A DNA stretch of 64,000 bases, taken from an uncultured Acidimicrobiia bacterium (GTDB lineage: Bacteria > Actinomycetota > Acidimicrobiia > IMCC26256 > JAENVU01). The notes under the pieces were generated by a model. The model saw only the letters and a list, made by a program, of their open reading frames with translations, did no database searches and was not told where the DNA came from. This document shows positions 9,667 through 18,895 of the stretch, piece by piece. A program made the translations under genes and the position numbers. The stretch lies in assembly GCA_963835005.1 (NCBI GenBank), contig CAWIEA010000001.1, positions 153,291 to 217,290 on the forward strand. The letters run 5' to 3'. Position 1 is the stretch's first letter. Every line of letters starts with the position of its first letter.

Positions 9667-10862
9667 TCAGACGCGCGGGAGGCCGAGGACGCGCTCGGCG
9701 ATGATGTTGCGCTGGATCTCGCTCGTGCCACCGGGAATGGTGCCGCCGAACGAGCGCATCCACTGCAGGGCCCACGAGCCCTCGCGCCACATCTGGGGAC
9801 CGAGCCGGGTCGTGTCGAGACCTCGTACCCCGTCGGCCTCGTATCCGATCTGCAACGCGCGCTGCACCGACTCGCTCCCGAACAGCTTCAACATCGAGTG
9901 CTCGGGCGCGGCCTGGCCGGCCATGAACTTCGAGAAGCCGCGGTAACCCAGCGCCACGATCGCCTGGGCGTCGATCGCGACGCTGGCGACCTGGTCCCGG
10001 TAGACCTCGTGGTCGCCGAGGCGGCGGCCGTCGGCACCGGGCTCGTTCCCGAGCGCCACCAACGCTTCGAGCGCGCGGTTGAGCGAGTACGCGTAGTCGA
10101 TCCAGAGCATCGCCCGCTCGTGCGCGAGCGATCCCTGCGTCAGCCGCCACCCGTCGTTCAGGTCGCCGAGCAGGTTCGCCCGCGGCACCTCGACGTCGTC
10201 GAAGAAGACCTCGTTGAAGTCGGTGAAGTCCGGGTCCGAGAGCTCGGGGAACGGTCGGGGCTCGACGCCGGGCGTCTTCATGTCGATGATCAGCGCGCTC
10301 GATGCCCTTGTGCTTCGGCAGCTCCGGATCCGTGCGCACGAAGCACATGCACCAGTCGGCGTGGTGCGCGCCCGACGTCCACACCTTCTGGCCGTTGACG
10401 ACGAAGTGGTCGCCGTCGAGGACAGCCCGGGTGCGGAGGCTCGCGAGGTCGCTCCCCGCCGTCGGCTCGCTCATGCCGAGGCACCACGCGATCTCGGCCC
10501 GCAGCGTCGGCAGGAGGAACTTCTCGATCTGCTCCGGGGTCCCGTGGTCCTTGATGGACGGGGCGATGATGCCCAGGCCCTGCGGGTTGAGGCTGCGCGG
10601 GATCTCCCGCGCCGACATCTCCTCGAAGTAGATCATCTGCTGCACGGGCGTCGCGTTGCGGCCGCCGAGCTCGGGCGGCCAGCCGGGGACGAGCCAGCCG
10701 GCGTCGAACAGCTTCCGCTGCCATGCGCGCGCCCAGTCGGGCAGGTCGGCGCTCGACTGCTTCGGCTGGCTCAGCACGTCACGTGACGGCAGGTTCGCCT
10801 CGAGCCAGCCGATGAGCTCGGCCGCGGAACGCCTCCTCCGCTTCGCCGTACTGCAGTCGCAC
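9667..10862 (-). pseudogene. Acyl-CoA dehydrogenase (FadE-type); two +1 frameshifts near 10823 and 10300
   Basis: GTG 10862 gives VRLQYGEAEEAFR. The reading then moves to the ORF 9533..10777 frame (AELIGWLEANLPSRDVLSQP..., CLGMSEPTAGSDLASL, VVNGQKVWTSG). It then moves to ORF 9667..10281 (MKTPGVE..., GGTSEIQRNIIAERVLGLPR). Each junction is explained by one extra base. Confidence 0.8.
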
Positions 10863-10892
10863 GGGCCGCACGCTACCCGTTAGGTTCGCTTC

Positions 10893-10908
10893 CTGACATC
10901 CGTGTCAG
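10893..10908. promoter_or_regulatory. Operator-like palindrome CTGAC-N6-GTCAG (site 2)
   Basis: Sequence is CCTGACAtccgTGTCAGG. It lies centrally in the 58-nt gap between the divergent ACAD genes (starts 10862 and 10921). Confidence 0.65.
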
Positions 10909-10920
10909 GGAGAGGCCGGG

Positions 10921-12040
10921 ATGGACTTCGAGCGGTCGGACGAACAGGAGCTCCTCGCGGAGTCGGTCACCCGGTTCCTGAGTCGAGCGCGCGCCACTCG
11001 CGCCCTACGTCCGCGACCGGCTCGACGACGACCACGGCACCACCGCGCCGGTCTGGCAGGGCCTGGCCGATCTCGGCGTCGTCGGTCTGCTGGTGCCCGA
11101 AGCGCACGGCGGCGCGGGGATGGGCATGGTCGACGCCGCGGTCGTGCTCGAGGCGCAGGGTCGCTTCGTGCACCCCGGGCCGTACGCGGCGAGCGCAATC
11201 GGCGCAGCCAGCATCGTCGACCTCGCCGGCGAGGACCGGGATCGCGAGGCCTTCCTCCCCCAGCTTGCGTGCGGCGCGACCGTCGGGACCGTCGCGCTCT
11301 GGGAGTCCGGCCACCGGCGCGGCTGGGACGAGCCCGAGACGCTCGCGATCGAGGACGGCGACGCGTGGCGCCTCGATGGCACGAAGGTCCACGTCCCCGA
11401 CGCAATCGGCGCGGACGTCATCTTCGTCGTTGCCCGGCTCCCTCACGGAGGCGGCGGCGTGTTCCGGGTGACCCCGGAGACGCAGGGCGTCACGGTGACC
11501 GCCACGCCGACCGTCGACGGGACACGCAAAGAGGCGACCGTCGAGCTCGTCAACGCCGAGGCCTTCGCGATCGGCGCCGGCGACCGGACCGACGCGATCG
11601 CGGCGACCGTCGACCGGCTGACGACCGCGATGGTCGTCGACGGGGTCGGCGCGGCCGAGCGCGCGATGGAGCTCGCGGTGGAGTACGCCAAGGAGCGCGA
11701 GCAGTTCGGCGCGCCGATCGGGACGTTCCAGGCCGTCCAGCACCTCTGCGCCGACATGCTGCGCGCGGTCGAGCTGGCCAAAGCCGCGGCGTACTACGCG
11801 TGCTGGGCGTGTGACGCGGCCGACGCGGCCGAGCGGCACCGGGCCGCCACGATGGCGCAGGCGTTCGCGGCAGACTCGCTGTACTCCGTGGGCGCGAACG
11901 CGATCCAGGTCTTCGGCGGCGTCGGCTTCACCTGGGAGCACGACATCCACCTCTATTACAAGCGGCTCCTGACCCTGCAGCACTTCGCCGGCGGGACTGT
12001 CGACCAGCTCGAGGAGCTCGCGAGCATCACCCTCGACTGA
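10921..12040 (+). pseudogene. Acyl-CoA dehydrogenase family protein (likely partner subunit of 9667..10862); one +1 frameshift near 10985
   Basis: The gene opens MDFERSDEQELLAESVTRFLS. One extra base later ERAPLAPYVRDRLDDDHGTTAPVWQGLADLGVVGLLVPEAHGG joins ORF 11093..12040 (FGAPIGTFQAVQH, GGVGFTWEHDIHLYYKRL). Confidence 0.8.
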
Positions 12041-12080
12041 CGTCGTACGTCTCACGCCCTCACCTCGATCGGAGCGACCG

Positions 12081-13094
12081 ATGATCTTCGGAGTGTTCGT
12101 CCCCCAGGGCTGGAAGATGGAGCTCGCCTCCATCCCGGACCCGCAGGACAAGTGGTCCAAGACGCTCGAGGTTGCTCGCATGGCGGACGACCTGGGCTAC
12201 GACTCGCTCTGGGTCTACGACCACTTCCACAACGTCCCGCTCCCCGCGCACGAGACCATGTTCGAGTGCTGGACGACGATGGCCGCGCTCACGCAGGTGA
12301 CCGAGGACATCCGGCTCGGCCAGATGGTCGGCTGCGCGCTGTACCGCCACCCGTCGCTGCTGGCGAAGATCACGTCGAACATCGACGTGATGAGCGGCGG
12401 TCGCCTCGACTGGGGCATCGGCGCGGGCTGGTACGAGCACGAGTTCCGTGCCTACGGCTACGGCCGCGAGCACTGGCTCGGCCGCGAGTCCGGCTTCCCC
12501 GGTGACGGAGCGCCCGACGGTCGGCTCCCCGCGGCCAAGGACCGCATCGCGATGCTGCGCGAGACGGTCGAGATCGTGAAGCTGATGTGGAGTGAGGCCG
12601 ACGCGTCCTACGAGGGCCGCTGGTACACGGTCGACGGCGCGCAGTGCGACCCGAAGCCGCTGCAGCAGCCGCACCCGCCGATCTGGATCGGAGGCGGTGG
12701 CGAGCAGCTGACCCTCCGGGTCGTCGCGCAGCACGGCGACCGCTCGAACTTCGGCGGCAAGCCCGACGAATGGCAGCACAAGGCCGAGGTGCTGCGCGGG
12801 CACTGCAAGGCGGTGGGCCGCGACGCGGACGAGATCACGATGACGTGGTCCCCCGAGGTGTTCATCCGGGAGCGCGAGCAGGAGATCGTGGACGCCGGGT
12901 CCAAGTCGTTCTGGGGCGAGCCGTTCGACTCGTGGCGCGCCGGCAACCTCGTCGGAACCCCCGAGCAGGTGTGCGAGAAGATCCGGGCCTACGAGGAGCT
13001 GGGCCTCGGTGGCGTCGTCGCGTGGCCCGCCGACTTCCCCGACACCACGACCGTCGAGCTCTTCGGCAAGCAGGTGATCCCCGAGTTCCGCTGA
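12081..13094 (+). CDS. LLM-class F420-dependent-type oxidoreductase
   Basis: Intact 337-aa ORF with FVPQGWKMEL, DSLWVYDH, GRLDWGIGAGW and PPIWIGGGGEQ. Paralog of 1253..2227 with a ~25-aa insertion after GYG. Confidence 0.85.
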   Translation: MIFGVFVPQGWKMELASIPDPQDKWSKTLEVARMADDLGYDSLWVYDHFHNVPLPAHETMFECWTTMAALTQVTEDIRLGQMVGCALYRHPSLLAKITSNIDVMSGGRLDWGIGAGWYEHEFRAYGYGREHWLGRESGFPGDGAPDGRLPAAKDRIAMLRETVEIVKLMWSEADASYEGRWYTVDGAQCDPKPLQQPHPPIWIGGGGEQLTLRVVAQHGDRSNFGGKPDEWQHKAEVLRGHCKAVGRDADEITMTWSPEVFIREREQEIVDAGSKSFWGEPFDSWRAGNLVGTPEQVCEKIRAYEELGLGGVVAWPADFPDTTTVELFGKQVIPEFR

Positions 13095-13142
13095 CGTGGC
13101 ATCGTGTCGTAACCCCGACGGCAGGGAGGGGGTCGGAGACAG

Positions 13143-13751
13143 GTGCCACGGAGCAGCAGCGGAGCTCGCCCGGCCGCGATCGGCCTCCTCGCCGCCATCG
13201 TCGCGGCGGCGTGCGCCGGCTACGGCGTGGCGCTCTTCGCCGTCGGGGCGATGCATTTCGACTTCTTCTCGGCTTCGGACCGGCGCCACCTCGATCCGAT
13301 CCCGATCGACCGGACGAAGGCGTGCGGCAGCGTCGAGACCATCCACGCCGCGCTCGACTCGCTCAACACCAGCTACACCGCCGCCACGCTCGGGATCTCG
13401 CCCGAGCAGTGGATCCAGCTCCGAGGCGGAGTCGAATCGGGGACACTGCGCTCGGACGACTTCGCAACGCGCCAGCCTTCGTGGCCGGCGGTCGAGGCGG
13501 ACGTCGACGCGGCGGCGGCTCGGCTCGATCTCATCCTCGTCGCGGGCATCCCCCACTTCCCGCGCCCACTCCGGAAGGAGCTCTCGATCGTCCGCGCGAG
13601 CATCGCCGACGGCCGTCGGCAGCTGGCGGAGATCGACGACACCCAGGAGCTCGGCTCGTTGACATCACGCGCCTTCGACCGCGGGAAGCTCCACGCCGGC
13701 TACGCGAGCGACCTGGTCGGCCACCAGTGCTCCGTCCCCCTCGGCGCCTGA
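13143..13751 (+). CDS. Hypothetical membrane-anchored protein
   Basis: GTG 13143 gives 202 aa. There is one N-terminal hydrophobic helix (AAIGLLAAIVAAACAGYGVALFAVGA) followed by a soluble-looking domain. No family recognised. Confidence 0.5.
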   Translation: MPRSSSGARPAAIGLLAAIVAAACAGYGVALFAVGAMHFDFFSASDRRHLDPIPIDRTKACGSVETIHAALDSLNTSYTAATLGISPEQWIQLRGGVESGTLRSDDFATRQPSWPAVEADVDAAAARLDLILVAGIPHFPRPLRKELSIVRASIADGRRQLAEIDDTQELGSLTSRAFDRGKLHAGYASDLVGHQCSVPLGA

Positions 13752-13761
13752 CCACTCGCTC

Positions 13762-13817
13762 CTCGTTTCGGTGCGCGTTGATGGGGCTATAGCACCACGA
13801 ACGCGCACCGAAACGAG
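13762..13817. repeat. Intergenic palindromic element (CTCGTTTCGGTG subfamily), 18-bp perfect stem
   Basis: CTCGTTTCGGTGCGCGTT-(20 nt, containing GCTATAGC)-AACGCGCACCGAAACGAG. The left arm shares a 14-mer with the element at 28017 and a 12-mer (CTCGTTTCGGTG) with the complement of the right arm at 36899..36918. Confidence 0.85.
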
Positions 13818-13831
13818 CGTGGAGGGTCGGG

Positions 13832-14542
13832 ATGGCGGACGAGTTCGAGGGAGATCTGGCCGGCGCGGTGTTCTGGGGTGCGGACCTTCGAGGTGCGACC
13901 TTCCGGGATGTCGACCTGACGGGGACCAGGATCAGCCACGCGTTCGTCGTCGACGTCGAGATCGATGCGACGGTCGACCGGCTGGTGGTGAACGGCATCG
14001 ACGTGACCCGCTACGTGAACGAACGCGACCCCTGGTACCCGCTCCGGTCGATGCTCCGCCCGGACACGCCCGCGGCGATGCAGGCGACCTGGGCCGCTCT
14101 GGAGGCCGAGTGGGACACGACGATCACCGTCGCGCGTGGCCGGCGCGAGTCGGAGCTGCACGATTCGGTGAACGGCGAGTGGTCGTTCGTCCAGACGCTC
14201 CGCCACCTCGTGTTCGCGATGGACAAGTGGTTCACCGCCCCGGTCCTCGGCGAGGGCTTCGATCCCATCGGCCTCCCGAACTCCGGCTCCGTCGACTTCC
14301 CGTGGCCGGGTCTCGATCCCGACCTCACACCGTCCTTCGACGCAGCCCTCGCCGTGCGCACCGACCGCGTCGCCCGCTTCCGCGACTTCCTCACCACGGT
14401 CGACGTCGCCGAGCTCGACCGCCCGATCGACGTCCTCGAGAACGGCACCAACCCGCTTGTCGAGTGCCTGCACACCGTCTTCGAGGAGGAGTTCTGGCAC
14501 CTCCGCTACGCCCGCCGCGATCTCGAGCTCCTCTCGGCGTGA
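13832..14542 (+). CDS. DinB-family protein with N-terminal pentapeptide repeats
   Basis: Intact 236-aa ORF with a GGAGGG SD upstream. The N-terminus GADLRGATFRDVDLTGTRISHAFVVDVEID is pentapeptide-like. The C-terminal helical bundle has HLVFAMDKW and FWHLRYARRDLE histidines, as in DinB/YfiT-like proteins. Confidence 0.6.
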   Translation: MADEFEGDLAGAVFWGADLRGATFRDVDLTGTRISHAFVVDVEIDATVDRLVVNGIDVTRYVNERDPWYPLRSMLRPDTPAAMQATWAALEAEWDTTITVARGRRESELHDSVNGEWSFVQTLRHLVFAMDKWFTAPVLGEGFDPIGLPNSGSVDFPWPGLDPDLTPSFDAALAVRTDRVARFRDFLTTVDVAELDRPIDVLENGTNPLVECLHTVFEEEFWHLRYARRDLELLSA

Positions 14543-14567
14543 GCCGTTGTCGCTCCGGAGCAACGAC

Positions 14568-15956
14568 TCACGCCGGAACGGGTGCCGGCTCGGCTTCCTC
14601 GGGTGAGTCGGACGTGGGCGCAGGGCCCGGTTCGGGCCACCAGCGAGCGACCAACGCGGCGATGCCCACGGCGGCGAGGATGACGAGGCTGGGCTCGGCG
14701 GGCGCGCGGAAGCGGGTCTGCCCGTAGCTGAGGACGGACGCGATGGTGACGATGAGCGGCGGCATCAGCAGCGGCCACTGCCGCTTCCTCCGCAGCCGCA
14801 GCACCACCACGCCGCCGACCGCGGCCAGCAGCAAGGGGTAGTAGAAGACGAGCCCGAGCCCGGTCACCCAACGGGCACGGCCCTCGTTCTGGTTCCAGTC
14901 GAGCATGTCGCCGGGCCGGAACAGGCTCCAGTCCCGCCCGATCCGCGCCAGCACGACGACCGGCACCCGGGACTTGTGGTCCTTCATGTAGTCGATGGCG
15001 CGGTCGCGGTAGATCGCGCGACACCACCGACTGGTCGCCCTTCGGCGCGCTGCTTCGGGATGCACTTCGGGAGGTCGGTGAGACCGAGGCCGGAGCCGGA
15101 GTACACGGAGTCGCAGTTCGACGCCAACATCGCGGTGCCGTCGTTCGTCGACAGGAAGGTCGTGTCCTCGAACCGGCTCAGGTTGAACGCGACCCACGGC
15201 CCGACGAAGAGCAGCATCCCGACCGCGATCACCGCGACGACCGACAACCGCCTCGACCACGCCTCCTTGCGGAAGCTGTAGAGCAGTGGGATCCCGAGCA
15301 GCGGCGCGAGCAGGATCAGCTCCGCGCGCGCCAGCGCGGCGAGGCCGCACACCGAGACCGAGCGCGAGTGCAAGGACGAGCGACGGCCGTCGGAACAACC
15401 GGTACGCGAGCAGCAGCGCGCCCGCCACCGCGGCACCGGCGAAAGCCTCCGACATGATCAGGCCGTCGCTGACCCAGAGGTACGGATAGACCGCGGCGAT
15501 GCCGGCCGCGATCAGCCCGGCCCGGTCGCCGGCCACCTCCCGTCCGAGCAGCCCGATCAGCAGGACGACCCCGAGGCCGACGAGCGCGATCTCGAACCGC
15601 AGCAGGGTCTGGGTGTTCTCGGCGCTCAGACCGAGCCCGTCGCCGACCCAGATCCCGGGGATCAGGGCGAAGACCGTCAGCGGCGGGTGGTCGGCGGCGG
15701 GGGTCGACCGGTGGGGAGCGCCGGGGAGGAACTGGAACGGATCGTTGTAGCCGTGGCCGTCGACGATGACCCGGGCCTGGAGCTCGTAGTAGGCGGCGTC
15801 GTAGAACTGCTGGTCGCCCTTGGCCTCGCCGAGCACGTACGCGATGCGGACCCCGAGCGCGACCACGAGGATCACGCCGAGGATCGCGAAGAAGCGACGT
15901 GTTGTCCCCCGAGCCGGCACCGCCCGGAGGCTACCGGCGCGGGCACCGACGGACAA
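14568..15956 (-). pseudogene. GT-C type membrane glycosyltransferase (family 39 / ArnT-like); three +1 frameshifts (about 15350, 15039, 15015)
   Basis: The N-terminus and C-terminus lie in ORF 14568..15956 (YDAAYYELQARVIVDGHGY...; AIYRDRAIDYMKDHKSRVPVVVLARIGRDW... plus C-terminal TM helices). The middle TM block lies in ORF 14984..15436 (CGLAALARAELILLAPLLGIPLLYSF..., FLSTNDGTAMLASNC), with a short bridge in a third frame. Confidence 0.7.
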
Positions 15957-15980
15957 ACGTCTCCCGGCGGCGAAGTCCAG

Positions 15981-17161
15981 CTAGCGGCGGCGCGTGAGCA
16001 GGAGTGCCCCGGCCAGCGGGCCACCACCGGCACAGGCGACGCCGACCTCGGGGTCGCCGGCAACCTGGCGCGCCCCCGCCTCGCCCCAGAGCTGGACGCA
16101 GGCCTCGTGGAGGAACCCGTAGCCGTGGAGCCGCCCGGCGGACAGCTGGCCGCCGTGGGTGTTGAGCGGCAGCAGACCATCGCGGGCGATGCGCTCGCCC
16201 CCCTCGACGAACGGTCCCGACTCACCCTTGCCGCAGAAGCCCATCGCCTCGAGCCAGGTCATGGTGATGAACGAGAACCCGTCGTACATCTCCGCGAGCT
16301 GCACGTCGGTCGGCTCGAGGTCGGTGCGGGACCAGAGCTGCGCCCCGGCGTCGCGGTCCGCCATCGTCGTGAGGTCGTCGAACTGGTCCCACGACGGACG
16401 TCCGCGCAGCGCCGTCCCCACGGCCTCGACCTGGATTCCGGGCTTGCGGAGGTCGGCCTGGGTGTCGACGCGGGACACGATCACCGCGGTCGAGCCGTCG
16501 CAGGGCGCGTCGCAGTCGTAGAGGCTGAAGGGGGTCGTGATCATCCGGACGTTGAGGTAGTCGTCCATCGACATCGGATCCGAGTAGATCGCCTTCGGGT
16601 TCAGCGCCGCGTTCTTGCGGGCGTTGAGCGCGATCTGGCCGAGCTGCTCCTTCGTCGTGCCGTACTCGTGGAAGTGGCGCTGGGCCATCATCGCGATCCA
16701 GATCGCGGCCGATGGCGCGGAGAACGGCAGCGTCCACTCCATGAAGCCGGACGCCCGGAAGCTCCCGCTCCCACCCGCGCCCGGCTGCACCGCGGCGCGA
16801 CCCTGGTCACCCTGCGCGCTGCCCTCCCAGACGCTGCGGAAGCAGAGGACGTGCGTGGCGAGGCCCGGACGCGACCGCCATGCACGCGTTGATCACGGAG
16901 CCGAGCTGGCCCGGCGACTCGATCCCGCCCTGCCACCAACCGAGCTCGAGCCGCAGCGCGTCGTGGACGTCGACGACCCCTGCACCCGAGAAGCCCGGCC
17001 GGGGTGCCCATCGGGCCCGGGTAGGTGCGAGATCGCCGTCGATGTCCTTGGTGGTGAGCCCGGCGTCGTCGATCGCGGCCAGGCACGCTGTCGAGCGTGA
17101 GCTCGAGCGGGTCGCGGAAGAGACGACGGCCGATGTCCGACTGCCCGGCGCCGGAGATCAT
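15981..17161 (-). pseudogene. Thiolase-like lipid-transfer protein (SCP-x/Ltp type); at least five +1 frameshifts between 16860 and 17090
   Basis: ATG 17161 gives MISGAGQSDIGRRLFRDPLELTLDS. The hand-joined reading is ...VLAAIDDAGLTTKDIDGISTYPGPMGTPAGFSGAGVVDVHDALRLELGWWQGGIESPGQLGSVINACMAVASGLATHVLCFRSVWEGS.... It joins ORF 15981..16790 (YDCDAPCDGSTAVIV, LNTHGGQLSAGRLHGYG). Confidence 0.75.
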
Positions 17162-17200
17162 CGCCCGGCGCTCGATGACGAGATCTCGGATCCGTCTCCA

Positions 17201-17633
17201 TCAGGACACCCACCGGCTTGAAGAGCGGGAGCCACACCTCGTCGTCGTGCACCTCGAACGTCACCTCGACCTGCATCCCGATCTCCGCGTCCTCGGGCGC
17301 GACGCCGACCAGGTTCGTCGTCAGTCGCAGGCCCTCCTGCTCGGGGAAGTCCACGATCGCCACGATGTACGGCAGCTCGGGCCCCGGCATCCACGGCTGG
17401 TGGTTCACCGAGTAGCTGAAGAGCGTCGCCCGGCCCGAGACCGCCTCCCACTGCAGGTTCTTGGAGTGGTCGATCGGGCAGATCGGCGTCGGCGGGTGGT
17501 TGTAGTAGCCGCAGTCCTGGCAGCGCAGGAAGCGGAGCTCGCCGTCCTTGCCGCCGGTCCAGAAGGGCGTGTTCAGGTCCGTCAGCGCCGGGAGGATCCG
17601 GAACGGGACGGCCGGGGCTGTCTCACTGCTCAC
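17201..17633 (-). CDS. DUF35 family Zn-ribbon/OB-fold protein (thiolase/aldolase partner type)
   Basis: GTG 17633 lies 1 nt after the upstream stop. FWTGGKDGELRFLRCQDCGYYNHPPTPICPIDH is a Zn ribbon followed by an OB fold. As assembled the frame stays open to 16893. A TGA at 17201..17203 that overlaps an ATG (TGATG) is reached if one extra base lies just upstream. The 3' end is therefore uncertain. Confidence 0.65.
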
Positions 17634-17634
17634 G

Positions 17635-17982
17635 TCAGTCGTCCTCCTCGGGCGGGCGCGCCGCGTCGAAGCCCTCCCGCGCCTGCGGGATCGCCTCGAC
17701 CGCGGCGAGCATCCCGAACCCGGGCACGGTGAGCATGATCGAGCCGAGCACCTCGTCCCAGTCCGCACCGACCTCTCGCGCGAGCTGCGCGTGGCGACGG
17801 ATGCCCGCCGGATTGCGCAGGATCACGGTGCACACCAGCCGGATGAGCTCGTGGGTCTTGCGGTCCGGCGCCTGCAGCGAGTCGATCTGGCTGAGCCACG
17901 AGCTCTGCGCGTCGTGGAGCGCCGGGAACACCTGGTGGAGCGGCTCCTCGAAGGGGAAGCTCCAGTCGTTGCTCGGGCTCAC
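17635..17982 (-). CDS. Carboxymuconolactone decarboxylase (AhpD-like) family protein
   Basis: Intact 115-aa ORF. The helical sequence with THELIRLVCTVILRNPAGIRRHAQLAREVG is typical of the CMD/AhpD-like family. Confidence 0.6.
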   Translation of the reverse strand: MSPSNDWSFPFEEPLHQVFPALHDAQSSWLSQIDSLQAPDRKTHELIRLVCTVILRNPAGIRRHAQLAREVGADWDEVLGSIMLTVPGFGMLAAVEAIPQAREGFDAARPPEEDD

Positions 17983-17989
17983 GACCCGG

Positions 17990-18406
17990 TCACGAGCCGC
18001 TGGCCGGCCGGAACTGGACGATCGTGACGTCCTCGCTGGTGGGGTGGAACACCGGCTCGAGCGCCATGCCCATCTCGAGCGCGTCGAAGTCGCACTCGAC
18101 GACGTTCGTGATCATCCGCGGGCCCTCTTCGAGCTCGGCGATCGCGGCGACGTACGGCACCCACTCCGGGAACGGCGGCAGGTCGTTGCGATGCACGACG
18201 GACCACGTGTAAAGCGTCGCCCGGCCACTCGCCTCGACCCACTCCACGTCGTCGCTCCAGCAGTGCGGGCAGAACGGGCGCGGGTAGAAGTGGTGCTCGT
18301 TGCAGGCGTTGCACTTCTTGATGAGGAGCTTGCCTTCCTTCGCCGCGTCCCAGAAGGGCTCGGTCTCGAAGTCGGGCGTCGGCAGGTCGAACCGCATCGC
18401 GGTCAT
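17990..18406 (-). CDS. DUF35 family Zn-ribbon/OB-fold protein
   Basis: Intact 138-aa ORF. FWDAAKEGKLLIKKCNACNEHHFYPRPFCPHC (four-Cys ribbon) is followed by an OB-fold segment, GRATLYTWSVVH. Confidence 0.8.
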   Translation of the reverse strand: MTAMRFDLPTPDFETEPFWDAAKEGKLLIKKCNACNEHHFYPRPFCPHCWSDDVEWVEASGRATLYTWSVVHRNDLPPFPEWVPYVAAIAELEEGPRMITNVVECDFDALEMGMALEPVFHPTSEDVTIVQFRPASGS

Positions 18407-18421
18407 CGGCGCGGGCCCCGC

Positions 18422-18853
18422 TCAGCCGCGTCGAGGGAGGACGGCCACCGCGACACCGGTGAGCTTGGGCTCGCCGGCCTCGTTCGTCACCGAGCACTCC
18501 AGGTCGACGCGGTCCTCACTCCCCTGCTGGTACTTCTTCTCCACCTTCACGTGCGTGGTGAGGACCTCACCGGGCCACGTCTGCTTGGTGAAGCGGATCT
18601 TGTAGTTCCGCAGGTTGCCGACGCCGACGTAGTCCGTGAGGGCCTTGGCCAGGATGCCGGCGGTGAACATGCCGTGGCCGAACACGCTCGGCAGCCCGGC
18701 CTCCTTCGCCTGCACGTCGTCGTGGTGCATCGGGTTGAAGTCACCGGATGCGCCCGCGTACGTGACCAGGTCGGTGCGGGTCAGCGTGTGCGAGAACTCG
18801 GGGGCGTCGTCGCCCTCGCTGACGTCCTCGAAGAACAGCTTCTGCTCGGCCAT
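18422..18853 (-). CDS. MaoC-like (R)-specific enoyl-CoA hydratase hotdog protein
   Basis: Intact 143-aa ORF. YAGASGDFNPMHHDDVQAKEAGLPSVFGHGM is the MaoC dehydratase signature. Confidence 0.85.
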   Translation of the reverse strand: MAEQKLFFEDVSEGDDAPEFSHTLTRTDLVTYAGASGDFNPMHHDDVQAKEAGLPSVFGHGMFTAGILAKALTDYVGVGNLRNYKIRFTKQTWPGEVLTTHVKVEKKYQQGSEDRVDLECSVTNEAGEPKLTGVAVAVLPRRG

Positions 18854-18876
18854 CGACCGTCCTTCCTACCGGCGAA

Positions 18877-18892
18877 CTGACACGCACGTCAA
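18877..18892. promoter_or_regulatory. Operator-like palindrome CTGAC-N6-GTCA (site 3)
   Basis: Sequence is CTGACacgcacGTCAa. It lies 24 nt upstream of the MaoC start (18853), in the 42-nt gap after the fused ACAD stop. Confidence 0.6.
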
Positions 18893-18895
18893 CTT

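Noticed and set aside
12037-12056. Thirteenth operator site upstream of the LLM gene (CTGACgtcgtacGTCTCAC)
   Set aside because: The right half is degenerate and the spacing is off by one. It could be a decayed or error-containing site, but I did not count it. The same applies to the lone half-site CTGAC at 21121 and the direct CTGACGGCTGACGC at about 24343..24356.
14545-14572. Terminator hairpin between convergent genes 13832..14542 and 14568..15956
   Set aside because: Only a 10-bp palindrome GCTCCGGAGC with imperfect extensions is present, leaving a very short loop. It is too weak to call as a feature.
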